The notes below the pieces were generated by a model. The model saw only the letters and a program-made list of their open reading frames with translations. It ran no database searches and was not told where the DNA came from. A stretch of DNA of 63,849 bases, counting the filler, from an uncultured Methanosarcinales archaeon (GTDB lineage Archaea; Nanobdellota; Nanobdellia; Woesearchaeales; CAYXTQ01): NCBI GenBank assembly GCA_964608065.1. It is 5 parts of 5 records of this genome, joined end to end, with 100 filler letters (N's around TTAATTAATTAA, not from the genome) between each part and the next. Parts side by side here need not be neighbours in the genome. Positions count along the whole stretch, not along the records: positions 29,042 to 42,784 come from CAZSMA010000036.1; 4 more parts are not named here. One strand, written 5' to 3'. Below, one piece after another: positions 29,043 to 39,073 of this stretch. Each line of letters opens with the position of its first letter. The stretch's first letter is position 1. The position numbers and the translations under genes were made by a program.

Positions 29043-32000
29043 TATGGACTTAGTTGTGGAGATACTATATATGAAGATACAAAACTAAATGAAAGTATGC
29101 CAAGCTGTGGTACCAATACAATAAATATTGGCTCTGATAATATTACTTTAGATTGTGAGGGATACCATATAAATAGTGGTGGAGGTAGTGGGGTTTTTAT
29201 AAAAGAAAAAATAAATGTAACTATAAAAAATTGTAATATAAGCGGAGGTTCTTTTGGAATATATCTTGAGATGGGTTCAAACCATACAATTATTGATAAT
29301 ATATTAAGCGACCATGGAATAGGGGGTATAGGGGTTTACAGGAGTGATTATAATTTAATAAAAAATAACATAGCTTTATACAATGATGATTGTGGAATTC
29401 AAATATTTCAAGGTTCAGACTTTAATTTTGTTATTAATAACACAGCAAATAACTCAAATAGGTTTGGTATGTTGCTCGATTCCTCTAGCCGTAATAATAT
29501 AACAAATAATATATTTGGAGATAATAATCAGGATGGAATTTATTTTCAAGGAGCAAGTTCAAATTATTTAACTAAAAATAAGTTTGAGGGTAATAATCTA
29601 AGAGGAATTTACTTGTACAGTGGAAGTGGAAATATAATATGGGACAATATTTTCTTAAATAGCCCAACAAATGTTGAAGAAGGGGCAAATGGCAATAATT
29701 GGACATTAATGGATATAGGTAATCATTGGGATGACTTTGATTCTAATATAGGGTATCCTTATTATTATGAGATATTTGGAGGTGGCAATGGGATAGATAC
29801 GCATCCTTATGGTGCATATGAGCATAGTTGTGGTGATGTAATAACAGATAATGCTTATCTCACAGTGGATTTATTAAACTGTCCTGGAAACGGAATAGTT
29901 ATAGATGCTAGCAATATAATTTTAAATTGTTTTGGAAATACGATTTCTGTTAGTAAACACGGTATCTTACTTAATGGGGTAACCAATGTATCAATCACTA
30001 ACTGCCATTTAACTAACTCTGATTATGGGGTTTATTTAAATAATTCACAAAATAATATTATTTGGAATAATGGATTTGATTCTAATACTGTTAATGCATA
30101 TGAAGATGCCAATTCAATAAATAATAAATGGAATTTAAGCAGTACTGGAAATTACTGGGATGATTTTGAAGATAATTTAGGTCACCCTCATGATTACTAC
30201 ATTCACGGAGACGGAAATGGAATTGATTATTACCCTGTGGTCCCCATATATAATTGCGGTGATTGGTTAACCAAGGATACAAAGCTTTACAATCATTTAT
30301 TAAACTGTCCTGAAAATGGATTAAACATTGGTACAGAAAATATTACTCTTGATTGTAATTGTTTCATGATTAATTATAGCGGGCATAGCGTTAGAAGCGG
30401 TATTAATATCGATCATACTTCTGGTGTTACTGTAAAAAATTGTAATATTAGCAGTTATTACAGTGCAATCTATCTTTGGTCTAGTCATAATAATACCATT
30501 ATAAACAATAACCTAAGAAAGAATAGACGAAGTCTTTTTTCTCAAAGCGCTAATTACAACAAAATCATAAACAATCTTGCTGATAACAACACAAACAGAG
30601 GCATCTTTATTTACAGGGGTTCAAACAATAATTATGTTTTTAATAATAGTGCTAGCTATAATGTAAACTATGGGATATATTTACAAGATAATTGCGATAA
30701 TAATGAAATTGTGCATAATACTGCAAATAATAACTCCTATGGCATATATGCATATGATGCTCTGAATACAACTTATATTGACAATAATGTTCATAATAAT
30801 AGTCAAAGCGGTATTTTTTTTTGGAGGGAATCAAATAATCATTTGGAAGGTAATAATGCAAGTAATAATCAGTACGGAATCTTTGTTAGGGCGAGTAATA
30901 ATAATTTTACCAATAATATCCTAGAAGATAATGACTATGGAATTTATTCTGAATATGGTAACAGTAAATATACGGATAATAAGTTTATTGATAATAGGTT
31001 ATATGGTATTTATTTAACTGGATCAAATGGAAATTATTTTTGGGATAATAGCTTTGATAATCTTGGTACGAATGCATATGAGGAAAGCTGTACAAGTTAT
31101 TGGAATCTAAGTTATATTGGTAATATGTGGTCTGATATAGGGAGTAACCCTGGTTATCCAAATTATTACGAGATACCTGGTCCTGGTGCTGGCATTGATT
31201 ATCAACCTTTTTCTCATGGTTGCGGAGACACAATAAATGAGGACTTGATTTTGACTTTTGATTTAATAAATTGTCCTTCGGATGGATTAATTGTTGGCTC
31301 TGACAATATTACTATTGATTGTAATAATAGGATTATACAAGGCTCAGGAACTGGAAGTGGAATTTATTCTGCAGGTAGAAATGGTTTAACTGTAAAAAAT
31401 TGTAATATTATGGGTTTTGCAAATGGAATTAATTTATTAGCTAACTCGTATGGCGGTATAATAGATAATGTTATCAGCAATAATCAGAATGGAATTATAT
31501 TGAGTGCAAGTAGTCTAAATAATATATCAACTAATAGTATAAGGGATAATAGTAATGGTATTCATTTGGATGATAGTAATAATAATGATTTATCTAAGCT
31601 AACGGTTTATAATAACACAGTAGGAATAAAGTTGGAAAGTTCTGATGATAATTTTATTTTGTTAAATGATTTCCTAAATAATACAAATTATGGTGCTTTT
31701 TCAAACAATTCTCAGGACAATATTTTTTGGAGGAATAGATTTATTAGCAATGGTATTAATGCTTATGAAGAAAACAACATTAATTACTGGAATTTAAGTA
31801 TTACTGGGAATTATTGGGCAGATTTTGAATCTAACATTGGATATCCCAATTTTTATGAAATTTCTGGAATGGGAGATGGGATTGATTGGCATCCTAATGA
31901 CCAAGATGGGGATGATGTTTTAAATTCTGTAGATAATTGTATAGATACTCCAAACGCGAATCAAAGTGATATTGACAACGATTTGATTGGTGATGCTTGT

Positions 32001-32576
32001 GATAACTGTGTTAATGATTACAACCCTAATCAATATGATATTGATAAAGATGGATTAGGTGATGTTTGTGATCCTATAGAAGAAATAAATGTGTTGTTAG
32101 AAAGTGGATGGAACTTTGTTACACTACCTAGAGATAATGGAACTAGTTATGATTCGTCTACTTTTTCAGATTTACTTGGTGCTGACACAATAGTAAGGTA
32201 TGATGGAGAAAGACAAAAGTATTTTGGTTATGTTAGAGGTACTAATTTTAGTATATTTGATATTAGTTATGGACAAGGATTTTTAGTACATGTAACTGAA
32301 AACAAGAATATTACTGTCAATGGAAGCTATATCACTTCAGTACAGGTGAACGTATTCGCTGGTTGGAATATGTTAGGATGGCCTCATCCAGCCCCTACTA
32401 CTGCAGAAGACTTCGGACATTTACTTGAGCATCCCAAAATAATAGCTAAATTAGTTTCTCAAAATTGGATTAATTATAGTTATGGAAGTATGATTGGCAA
32501 TTTTGATATTAATGTTGGAGAAGGGGTCTTAATTTATGTTAATCAAAGCCAGGTTTGGAATATGAACATAGAATGA
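29043..32576 (+). CDS. secreted parallel beta-helix (NosD/PbH1) repeat protein with TSP3-like and GWN modules, 5'-truncated
   Basis: Frame open from contig start; four CG...GI.L...N...GN.W.DF modules; DNC...N.NQ.D.D.D repeats; LESGWNFVTLP. Confidence 0.85.
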   Translation, partial: YGLSCGDTIYEDTKLNESMPSCGTNTINIGSDNITLDCEGYHINSGGGSGVFIKEKINVTIKNCNISGGSFGIYLEMGSNHTIIDNILSDHGIGGIGVYRSDYNLIKNNIALYNDDCGIQIFQGSDFNFVINNTANNSNRFGMLLDSSSRNNITNNIFGDNNQDGIYFQGASSNYLTKNKFEGNNLRGIYLYSGSGNIIWDNIFLNSPTNVEEGANGNNWTLMDIGNHWDDFDSNIGYPYYYEIFGGGNGIDTHPYGAYEHSCGDVITDNAYLTVDLLNCPGNGIVIDASNIILNCFGNTISVSKHGILLNGVTNVSITNCHLTNSDYGVYLNNSQNNIIWNNGFDSNTVNAYEDANSINNKWNLSSTGNYWDDFEDNLGHPHDYYIHGDGNGIDYYPVVPIYNCGDWLTKDTKLYNHLLNCPENGLNIGTENITLDCNCFMINYSGHSVRSGINIDHTSGVTVKNCNISSYYSAIYLWSSHNNTIINNNLRKNRRSLFSQSANYNKIINNLADNNTNRGIFIYRGSNNNYVFNNSASYNVNYGIYLQDNCDNNEIVHNTANNNSYGIYAYDALNTTYIDNNVHNNSQSGIFFWRESNNHLEGNNASNNQYGIFVRASNNNFTNNILEDNDYGIYSEYGNSKYTDNKFIDNRLYGIYLTGSNGNYFWDNSFDNLGTNAYEESCTSYWNLSYIGNMWSDIGSNPGYPNYYEIPGPGAGIDYQPFSHGCGDTINEDLILTFDLINCPSDGLIVGSDNITIDCNNRIIQGSGTGSGIYSAGRNGLTVKNCNIMGFANGINLLANSYGGIIDNVISNNQNGIILSASSLNNISTNSIRDNSNGIHLDDSNNNDLSKLTVYNNTVGIKLESSDDNFILLNDFLNNTNYGAFSNNSQDNIFWRNRFISNGINAYEENNINYWNLSITGNYWADFESNIGYPNFYEISGMGDGIDWHPNDQDGDDVLNSVDNCIDTPNANQSDIDNDLIGDACDNCVNDYNPNQYDIDKDGLGDVCDPIEEINVLLESGWNFVTLPRDNGTSYDSSTFSDLLGADTIVRYDGERQKYFGYVRGTNFSIFDISYGQGFLVHVTENKNITVNGSYITSVQVNVFAGWNMLGWPHPAPTTAEDFGHLLEHPKIIAKLVSQNWINYSYGSMIGNFDINVGEGVLIYVNQSQVWNMNIE

Positions 32577-34357
32577 AAAACATAATTAAAATGCTGTATT
32601 TAGTAATTGTAGTTTGTTTAGTTCTATCTACAGTGGGTGCTACTGGAATTAGTCCTGCCTCAAAGAAATACACGCTTTTACCTGGCCAAAATCAGACTTT
32701 TGATTTTAGAGTTACTGATACAGTAGCAAATAATATGTCAGTGCAATCCACAGGAGAGTTAAAAGAGTATATCATTCCTTACAACAACACAATTGAAGTT
32801 GAGATTCCAAACCAATGGTACTGGACAAATGTAACTATACACATGCCGGATGAAATTGACCCAAAGAGTTTCTATAGCAATTACATAAAAGTATGCCAAA
32901 ATCCAGATGAATTATGCCCTGATAGTCCAATTTGTGCAATTATATGTGCAATGATGAGGTTGGAAATCACAGTTCCATATTATGGAAAAATGGTAAGCGG
33001 TAGTATGTTTGTTTGGGATGAAACACCTCCAACTTTATTTATTGCCTTTAAAAATATAGGGGATAAAATCCTAGAAACATTGGATGGCAGTTTTAAAGTT
33101 TATCAAGGCGCTTTTATCGAAGAAGCTAGTATGGGGACTGAAATAAATGTGCCTATTGGATTTGATACTAATAGATTCGCAAATCCTAGCCACCAGTTAG
33201 AGAATGGAGAATATTATGCTTCAGTGCATTTTGATTATGATGGTGAAACAACAGATTCTGGAAGTTTGTTTAGCATAAATAATGGGCTATTGCCTTTACA
33301 AAAAATAGTTTGTTTACCCCATATAATAATCGGCAATGCTGCTTTTAAAGATGGGACAAATGTGACCGGGGCTGTTGTTGAGATTAAAAATATTAATACT
33401 GGAGAAATATTTGGGGGTTATGTTAATCTCGGAGTGAATTCTAGTTGGTATAATATTGATATTGGAACTACAAGAGGAACTTGTTGGAGTGATGATGATT
33501 TATTGGATATCACAGTCATGAAGTATAATTGGAAGGAAAACATTCAGTTGGTTGTTGATGGTAATTTGGGAGGTCAGGTTGCCCCTATTATTTACATAAA
33601 TAGAGATCCTGAAATTACAAGAATATATCCTAAGGATATTATTACAATATATGAGGGTGAAATTCAGTTTTTTAACATTAGCTATTTAGATTTTGATATG
33701 CATGATACTGTGTCAATACAATGGTACTTAGATGGTGTTCCAACTGTAACAACAAATGAATATACTTTTAATCCAGGTTTTGATTCAGTAGGCAATTATA
33801 ACATTACTGTTGAAATATCTGATGGTGTGTTTGCAAATTCTTATACATGGATTATAAATGTAATTAGCAGGGAATTAAGATTATATGAAGGATGGAATTT
33901 AATTAGCTTACCTGTACAACCCATAAACAATTCTATTGAAAAAGTCATTAAAGATCTTTCAGGGAAAATAATTGTACAAAACTATAATGGTAGTGATTGG
34001 AACTCATATGATTCAGAGATTCCATTTAATTTGAATACATTAACTAAGATGAATTATGGAAATGCTTATTGGATTAAATCTGAATTAAATCAGAGTTTAT
34101 TCTTTAATGGAATGATTAAAACAAACTATACTGTAAAAATGATTAATGGATGGAATATGGTTGGTTATAATAATTCAATTGGATTGTTGCCTGATGTTAT
34201 AAGTGATTTAACAACTCCAATTTTAGTTTGGACTTATTATCCTGAGGGCTGGAGAGTTTATGACACTTCTGGCAGTTTGCCAAACACTTTAGATAATATG
34301 AGTTCTGGCAAAGGTTATTGGATTAAATCTGAAGATGCGCAGGATTGGACAATATGA
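32573..34357 (+). CDS. secreted Ig/PKD-like protein with C-terminal GWN modules
   Basis: Signal peptide; YNITVEISDG; LYEGWNLISLP and GWNMVGY; ATGA overlap with upstream gene. Confidence 0.8.
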   Translation: MKNIIKMLYLVIVVCLVLSTVGATGISPASKKYTLLPGQNQTFDFRVTDTVANNMSVQSTGELKEYIIPYNNTIEVEIPNQWYWTNVTIHMPDEIDPKSFYSNYIKVCQNPDELCPDSPICAIICAMMRLEITVPYYGKMVSGSMFVWDETPPTLFIAFKNIGDKILETLDGSFKVYQGAFIEEASMGTEINVPIGFDTNRFANPSHQLENGEYYASVHFDYDGETTDSGSLFSINNGLLPLQKIVCLPHIIIGNAAFKDGTNVTGAVVEIKNINTGEIFGGYVNLGVNSSWYNIDIGTTRGTCWSDDDLLDITVMKYNWKENIQLVVDGNLGGQVAPIIYINRDPEITRIYPKDIITIYEGEIQFFNISYLDFDMHDTVSIQWYLDGVPTVTTNEYTFNPGFDSVGNYNITVEISDGVFANSYTWIINVISRELRLYEGWNLISLPVQPINNSIEKVIKDLSGKIIVQNYNGSDWNSYDSEIPFNLNTLTKMNYGNAYWIKSELNQSLFFNGMIKTNYTVKMINGWNMVGYNNSIGLLPDVISDLTTPILVWTYYPEGWRVYDTSGSLPNTLDNMSSGKGYWIKSEDAQDWTI

Positions 34358-34457
34358 TTTTAAATACCAACTATAGGATATAAAAAATTATATAGTTGAA
34401 AGTTTTAAGGGGGTAAATATCAATAGTTGGGGGATTGAAATTAAAAAAATTATACTT

Positions 34458-36512
34458 TTGTTATTATTTAGCTTCCTTTTAATATCTATTAATTCTAAGA
34501 CTGCTAACGCAACGCAGACTTTAACATTGACATTAAAAGACTCCTTAGTTAACTACATTTATGAAGGTTCTTGCAGCTATAACCCTAGAATTGATTGGTA
34601 TGACCTTAGAACATACATATACAACGCTAGCAACTATCTGGTTATTTATGATTCAAGTAGTGAGTGTGAGAGCTTTTTTAGTCTAGATCCAGGAAATTAT
34701 ACTATAACCATCACTGGAAGGATATTTTCTTATAGCTCATACATAACACAAAAAAGACAAATCACTATCACAGAAGGTAATGACTTATCTTATACATTCA
34801 CACTTAACGGAGGTAATCTAAACTTAACAACCAAGGATTCACTTGATAATTATATATACAGAAGTTCTTGTAGCTATACTCCTAACGTTTATTGGAACTC
34901 TCTTACAACTTACATCTACAACTCTAGTGATGCTCAAATAGCTTCTACCACAACTAGCTGTTTAACTAACTTCTACCTAGAACCAGGAGACTACACAGTA
35001 TCACTAACTGGAAGAATGAATGTTTACGGCCCATATTTAACACAAAGTAGAGATATAACTATAGTAGATGGCACTGACTTAAACTACAACTTCACCATGA
35101 ATGGTGGAAAACTAAACCTAACTCTAAAAGACTCATTAGGCAACTACATCTATGAAGGCGTTTGTAATGACAACCCTAAAGTCGATTGGTATGACATCTC
35201 TACACGAATCTACAACTCTAGCAATGCTCAAATAGTCTATGATAGTAGCAGTGAATGTGTAGATGCTTTTTACCTTGAACCAGGAAGTTATACAATTAAG
35301 CTTACAGGAAGAATATTTTCTTATAGCCCATACATAACACAAACAAGACAAATAACAATTACAGAAAGTGGTGTAGTCAACTATACATTCACAGTTAACG
35401 GTGGCAACCTTAACTTAACAACCAAGGATTCACTTGATAATTATATATACAGAAGTTCTTGTAGCTATACTCCTAACGTTTATTGGAACTCTCTTACAAC
35501 TTACATCTACAACTCTAGTGATGCTCAAATAGCTTCTACCACAACTAGCTGTTTAACTAACTTCTACCTAGAACCAGGAGACTACACAGTATCACTAACT
35601 GGAAGAATGAATGTTTACGGCCCATATTTAACACAAAGTAGAGATATAACTATAGTAGATGGCACTGACTTAAACTACAACTTCACCATGAATGGTGGAA
35701 AACTAAACCTAACTCTAAAAGACTCATTAGGCAACTACATCTATGAAGGCGTTTGTAATGACAACCCTAAAGTCGATTGGTATGACATCTCTACACGAAT
35801 CTACAACTCTAGCAATGCTCAAATAGTCTATGATAGTAGCAGTGAATGTGTAGATGCTTTTTACCTTGAACCAGGGAATTATAGAGTTAACATAACTGGA
35901 AGAGAAACAAGCACCAGTGACCTCCAATCACAAGAAATTCCTATCACCATTATCAATAGAGGTGATTGCTCAATGAACATTGATATTGAAACAGGACAAT
36001 ACACTAGTGATTGTTCAATATTAATTAATCAAATTTTATGTCAAGAGAATAATACTGTTTGGGAAGATTGCAGTGGTATTGCATATAATGATGTCTTATC
36101 TAAAATTAGAGTTAATTGTACTTTTTTTGTTGCAAATATTACAAGTGTTCATTTCAAATTAATCAATATTCCTGATAATTCAACCTTTATTGATGATTAT
36201 GGAACAAAGGTTGGTGATTTATGGATTTATGACAATGAAGATATTACTATTTTAGATTCAGGTGATTGGAGATTAGAAGTAGAGTGCGGAGTACAACAAA
36301 TTGGTCAAGCATCTAGTTTTACTATCTGGACAGTACCTTGGGGTCATTTATTAACTTACTTAATTAATCCAACAACACCACAGGAAATCAGAAAATACGG
36401 AGTTTTCAGTGTTACTGCTAAAATAAAATGTGTTGGTGGAGAATGCGGAGATGTTAAATCTAGTTTAGACCCCACAACTTATCAAGTTAAAAATAAAGAG
36501 GTGATAAAATGA
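34458..36512 (+). CDS. secreted protein with five ~98-aa tandem beta-sandwich repeats
   Basis: Repeats of LTxKDSLxNYIY..C...LEPG.Y; C-terminal CVGGECGDVKSSLDP module; start codon uncertain. Confidence 0.8.
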   Translation: MLLFSFLLISINSKTANATQTLTLTLKDSLVNYIYEGSCSYNPRIDWYDLRTYIYNASNYLVIYDSSSECESFFSLDPGNYTITITGRIFSYSSYITQKRQITITEGNDLSYTFTLNGGNLNLTTKDSLDNYIYRSSCSYTPNVYWNSLTTYIYNSSDAQIASTTTSCLTNFYLEPGDYTVSLTGRMNVYGPYLTQSRDITIVDGTDLNYNFTMNGGKLNLTLKDSLGNYIYEGVCNDNPKVDWYDISTRIYNSSNAQIVYDSSSECVDAFYLEPGSYTIKLTGRIFSYSPYITQTRQITITESGVVNYTFTVNGGNLNLTTKDSLDNYIYRSSCSYTPNVYWNSLTTYIYNSSDAQIASTTTSCLTNFYLEPGDYTVSLTGRMNVYGPYLTQSRDITIVDGTDLNYNFTMNGGKLNLTLKDSLGNYIYEGVCNDNPKVDWYDISTRIYNSSNAQIVYDSSSECVDAFYLEPGNYRVNITGRETSTSDLQSQEIPITIINRGDCSMNIDIETGQYTSDCSILINQILCQENNTVWEDCSGIAYNDVLSKIRVNCTFFVANITSVHFKLINIPDNSTFIDDYGTKVGDLWIYDNEDITILDSGDWRLEVECGVQQIGQASSFTIWTVPWGHLLTYLINPTTPQEIRKYGVFSVTAKIKCVGGECGDVKSSLDPTTYQVKNKEVIK
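34821..35875. repeat. exact 464-bp direct repeat, 591-bp period
   Basis: 34821-35284 = 35412-35875. Confidence 0.9.
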
Positions 36513-36583
36513 AAAATGAAACAATAAAGTTAGATAGATACGTAAAAAATTTTGTGAATAAAAAAGAGGTGATTTTAAAATGA
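36509..36583 (+). CDS. 24-aa linker ORF / gene remnant
   Basis: MKNETIKLDRYVKNFVNKKEVILK*; GAGGTGA SD; ATGA-coupled on both sides. Confidence 0.4.
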   Translation: MKNETIKLDRYVKNFVNKKEVILK

Positions 36584-36867
36584 AAGAGAGAAAGAAAAAA
36601 TGGTGGTTGATTGGAGGGGTTATTGGGTTTTTTTATAGTCTAGTTGGGATACTATTTACAATTGCATCAGCAACTGTAGGATATGATTGTCCTATTAAAA
36701 TCAAATCATTTGTTGATATCTTTTTTTATCCAGTGATAAGTACCTCATGTCTACTATTTTTTAGAGAAAAAGGATTTATTGGATTATTGACTTTCTCAAT
36801 TTTGAATCTAGTTATATTTAGTATAATTGGGGGAGCAATAGGAAAATTATTTCAGACCAAAAAATGA
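36580..36867 (+). CDS. small membrane protein
   Basis: Hydrophobic segments; GAGGTGA SD. Confidence 0.65.
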   Translation: MKERKKKWWLIGGVIGFFYSLVGILFTIASATVGYDCPIKIKSFVDIFFYPVISTSCLLFFREKGFIGLLTFSILNLVIFSIIGGAIGKLFQTKK

Positions 36868-38126
36868 ATTATAAAAAAATACAATTATTGCTTGTATTTT
36901 TAATTTTAATAATTGGTACTATATCTGCAAAATTAGATAATGACACCGCTGATGAAAAAATTGATGCAATAGTTGTATTTAAAGACGAAATAAAACAACA
37001 AATATTAGAAGAAAGAAACATAGAAATTAAAGATAACTTTGAAGATGTTGCTGTTTCTACAATAAAAGCAACAAAAAAAGAGATTGAAGAATTAAGAAAA
37101 AATCCAGATATTGAATCCGTAGAAGAAGATTTTAAAATAGAACCACCAAGAACACAAGTTTCAAGACAAGTTGCTAAAGCAACTGTTTCTATAGTTCCTT
37201 CAAAAAGAAAAGTTACAGAAAGTATTTTAGAGAAACAATCTGTAGAAGAAACACTTACTACTGAACAACTTATTCCCTGGGGTGTAGAAATAGTTAATGC
37301 TCCTAATGTTTGGTATGAAACAACCGGAAAAAACATTAAAGTAGCTGTAATTGATTCAGGCATTGATTACAATAATGAAGATTTAAAAGATAATGTTAAA
37401 GGTGGAATTTCTTTTATTGATGATGATTATATAGATACTTATGGTCATGGTACCTATGTAGCAGGTGTTATTGCTGCTTTAGATAACGATTTTGGTATTA
37501 TTGGAGTTGCTCCTAATGTAGATTTGTATGCAGTTAAGTTTATGGATGAAACTGGTGGAACAGTAAGTGATATAATAAAATCTGTAGAGTGGTGTATTGA
37601 TAATGAAATTGATGTTAAGTATGAATGTATTAATGGTAATATGGCTGGAAAAGATGTTTATTATGCCCGACTAAGGAAGAATTGCAGTGGTATTGCATAT
37701 AATGATGTCTTATCTAAAATTAGAGTTAATTGTACTTTTTTTGTTGCAAATATTACAAGTGTTCATTTCAAATTAATTAATATTCCTGATAATTTAACCT
37801 TTATTGATGACTATGGAACAAAGGTTGGTGATTTATGGGTTTATGATAATGAGGATATTACTATTTTAGATTCAGGAGATTGGAGACTGGAAGTAAAGTG
37901 TGCTGTACAACAAATTGGTCAAGCATCTAGTTTTACTAGTTGGACAGTACCTTGGGGATATTTAGTTTCTTACTTAATTAGTCCATTTACACCACAAGAG
38001 ATTAGAAAATATAACATTTTAAGTGTTACTGCTAAAGTAAAATGTGTTGGTGGAGAATGCGGAGATGTTAAAGCTAGTTTGGATCCGATAGCTTATCAAA
38101 TTAAAAATAAAGAGGTGATAAAATGA
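36864..38126 (+). CDS. chimeric, truncated S8 subtilase (propeptide plus Asp/His half) fused to the duplicated module
   Basis: VIDSGID and HGTYVAG present; catalytic-Ser motif GTSMA absent. Confidence 0.8.
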   Translation: MNYKKIQLLLVFLILIIGTISAKLDNDTADEKIDAIVVFKDEIKQQILEERNIEIKDNFEDVAVSTIKATKKEIEELRKNPDIESVEEDFKIEPPRTQVSRQVAKATVSIVPSKRKVTESILEKQSVEETLTTEQLIPWGVEIVNAPNVWYETTGKNIKVAVIDSGIDYNNEDLKDNVKGGISFIDDDYIDTYGHGTYVAGVIAALDNDFGIIGVAPNVDLYAVKFMDETGGTVSDIIKSVEWCIDNEIDVKYECINGNMAGKDVYYARLRKNCSGIAYNDVLSKIRVNCTFFVANITSVHFKLINIPDNLTFIDDYGTKVGDLWVYDNEDITILDSGDWRLEVKCAVQQIGQASSFTSWTVPWGYLVSYLISPFTPQEIRKYNILSVTAKVKCVGGECGDVKASLDPIAYQIKNKEVIK

Positions 38127-39073
38127 AAAACGAGATAAAAATACTAACTGGTTTGTTGATACTTGCATCTGTTTTGATAAGCGGATGTATAGAAACACCC
38201 ATTAAACCAGTTTGTGGTAATAATATAATTGAAGAAGGAGAAACAAGTGAAAATTGTTGTATAGATGTTGGTTGCCTTGAGGGCCAGATTTGTGAGAATA
38301 ATATTTGTGTATTGTCAGGAAAATATGAAGGTCAGACTGTACCAAAAGAAGATACACATGTTAATGAAGAGGAAATTGGTACAGGAGTAGGTGTTGCAGA
38401 TCCAGCTTCTATATACGCTGTTGAAATGGGATGCAAACATAAGTTAATTACTAATGAAAAAGGTCAGATTGGAATATGTATTCTTCCTGATGGAACTGAA
38501 TGTGAAGAATGGGATTTTTATAGAGGAAAATGCGGACAAGAGTGGTCTTATTGTAAACAACATGGGTATGATTTGAAAGAACTCGGACAAAATGAAGGTT
38601 GGTTTAAAGGAGCAGTATGTTTAGATAAAGAAAGTAATGAAATAGGAACTGTATATGATTTAATGGGATTGGGTGGAGAAAGAAAAAATAATTCTGAAGT
38701 GGTTACAGGGGGTATGATTGTTGGAGTTGCAGATCCAGCTTCTATATACGCTGTTGAAATGGGATGCAAACATAAGTTAATTACTAATGAAAAAGGTCAG
38801 ATTGGAATATGTATTCTTCCTGATGGAACTGAATGTGAAGAATGGGATTTTTATAGAGGAAAATGCGGACAAGAGTGGTCTTATTGTAAACAACATGGGT
38901 ATGATTTGAAAGAACTCGGACAAAATGAAGGTTGGTTTAAAGGTGGTATTTGCATAACTAGAGAAAAACATACAACAGGAACAATAAAACAAGAGTTAGG
39001 ACCGACAGAACGGGAGGTAGGGACAATCTATGATTTGATGAATCTAAGTACAAAGATAACATGTAAAAGATGA
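38123..39073 (+). CDS. lipoprotein with two DUF333-like domains
   Basis: LISGC; ADPASIY...GICILPDGTECEEWDFYRGKCG twice. Confidence 0.8.
   Translation: MKNEIKILTGLLILASVLISGCIETPIKPVCGNNIIEEGETSENCCIDVGCLEGQICENNICVLSGKYEGQTVPKEDTHVNEEEIGTGVGVADPASIYAVEMGCKHKLITNEKGQIGICILPDGTECEEWDFYRGKCGQEWSYCKQHGYDLKELGQNEGWFKGAVCLDKESNEIGTVYDLMGLGGERKNNSEVVTGGMIVGVADPASIYAVEMGCKHKLITNEKGQIGICILPDGTECEEWDFYRGKCGQEWSYCKQHGYDLKELGQNEGWFKGGICITREKHTTGTIKQELGPTEREVGTIYDLMNLSTKITCKR
38393..38943. repeat. exact 218-bp direct repeat, 333-bp period
   Basis: 38393-38610 = 38726-38943. Confidence 0.9.

Larger units (their letters stand above)
36067..38130. repeat. 450-bp duplicated 3' gene module (36067-36516 and 37681-38130)
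   Basis: Identical at the 5' end, increasingly substituted toward the 3' end; includes downstream SD and ATG. Confidence 0.9.

Noticed and set aside
36067..38130. Near-identical pair as a DGR template/variable repeat
   Set aside because: Mismatches include many C/T changes rather than being adenine-specific; no reverse transcriptase in the window.
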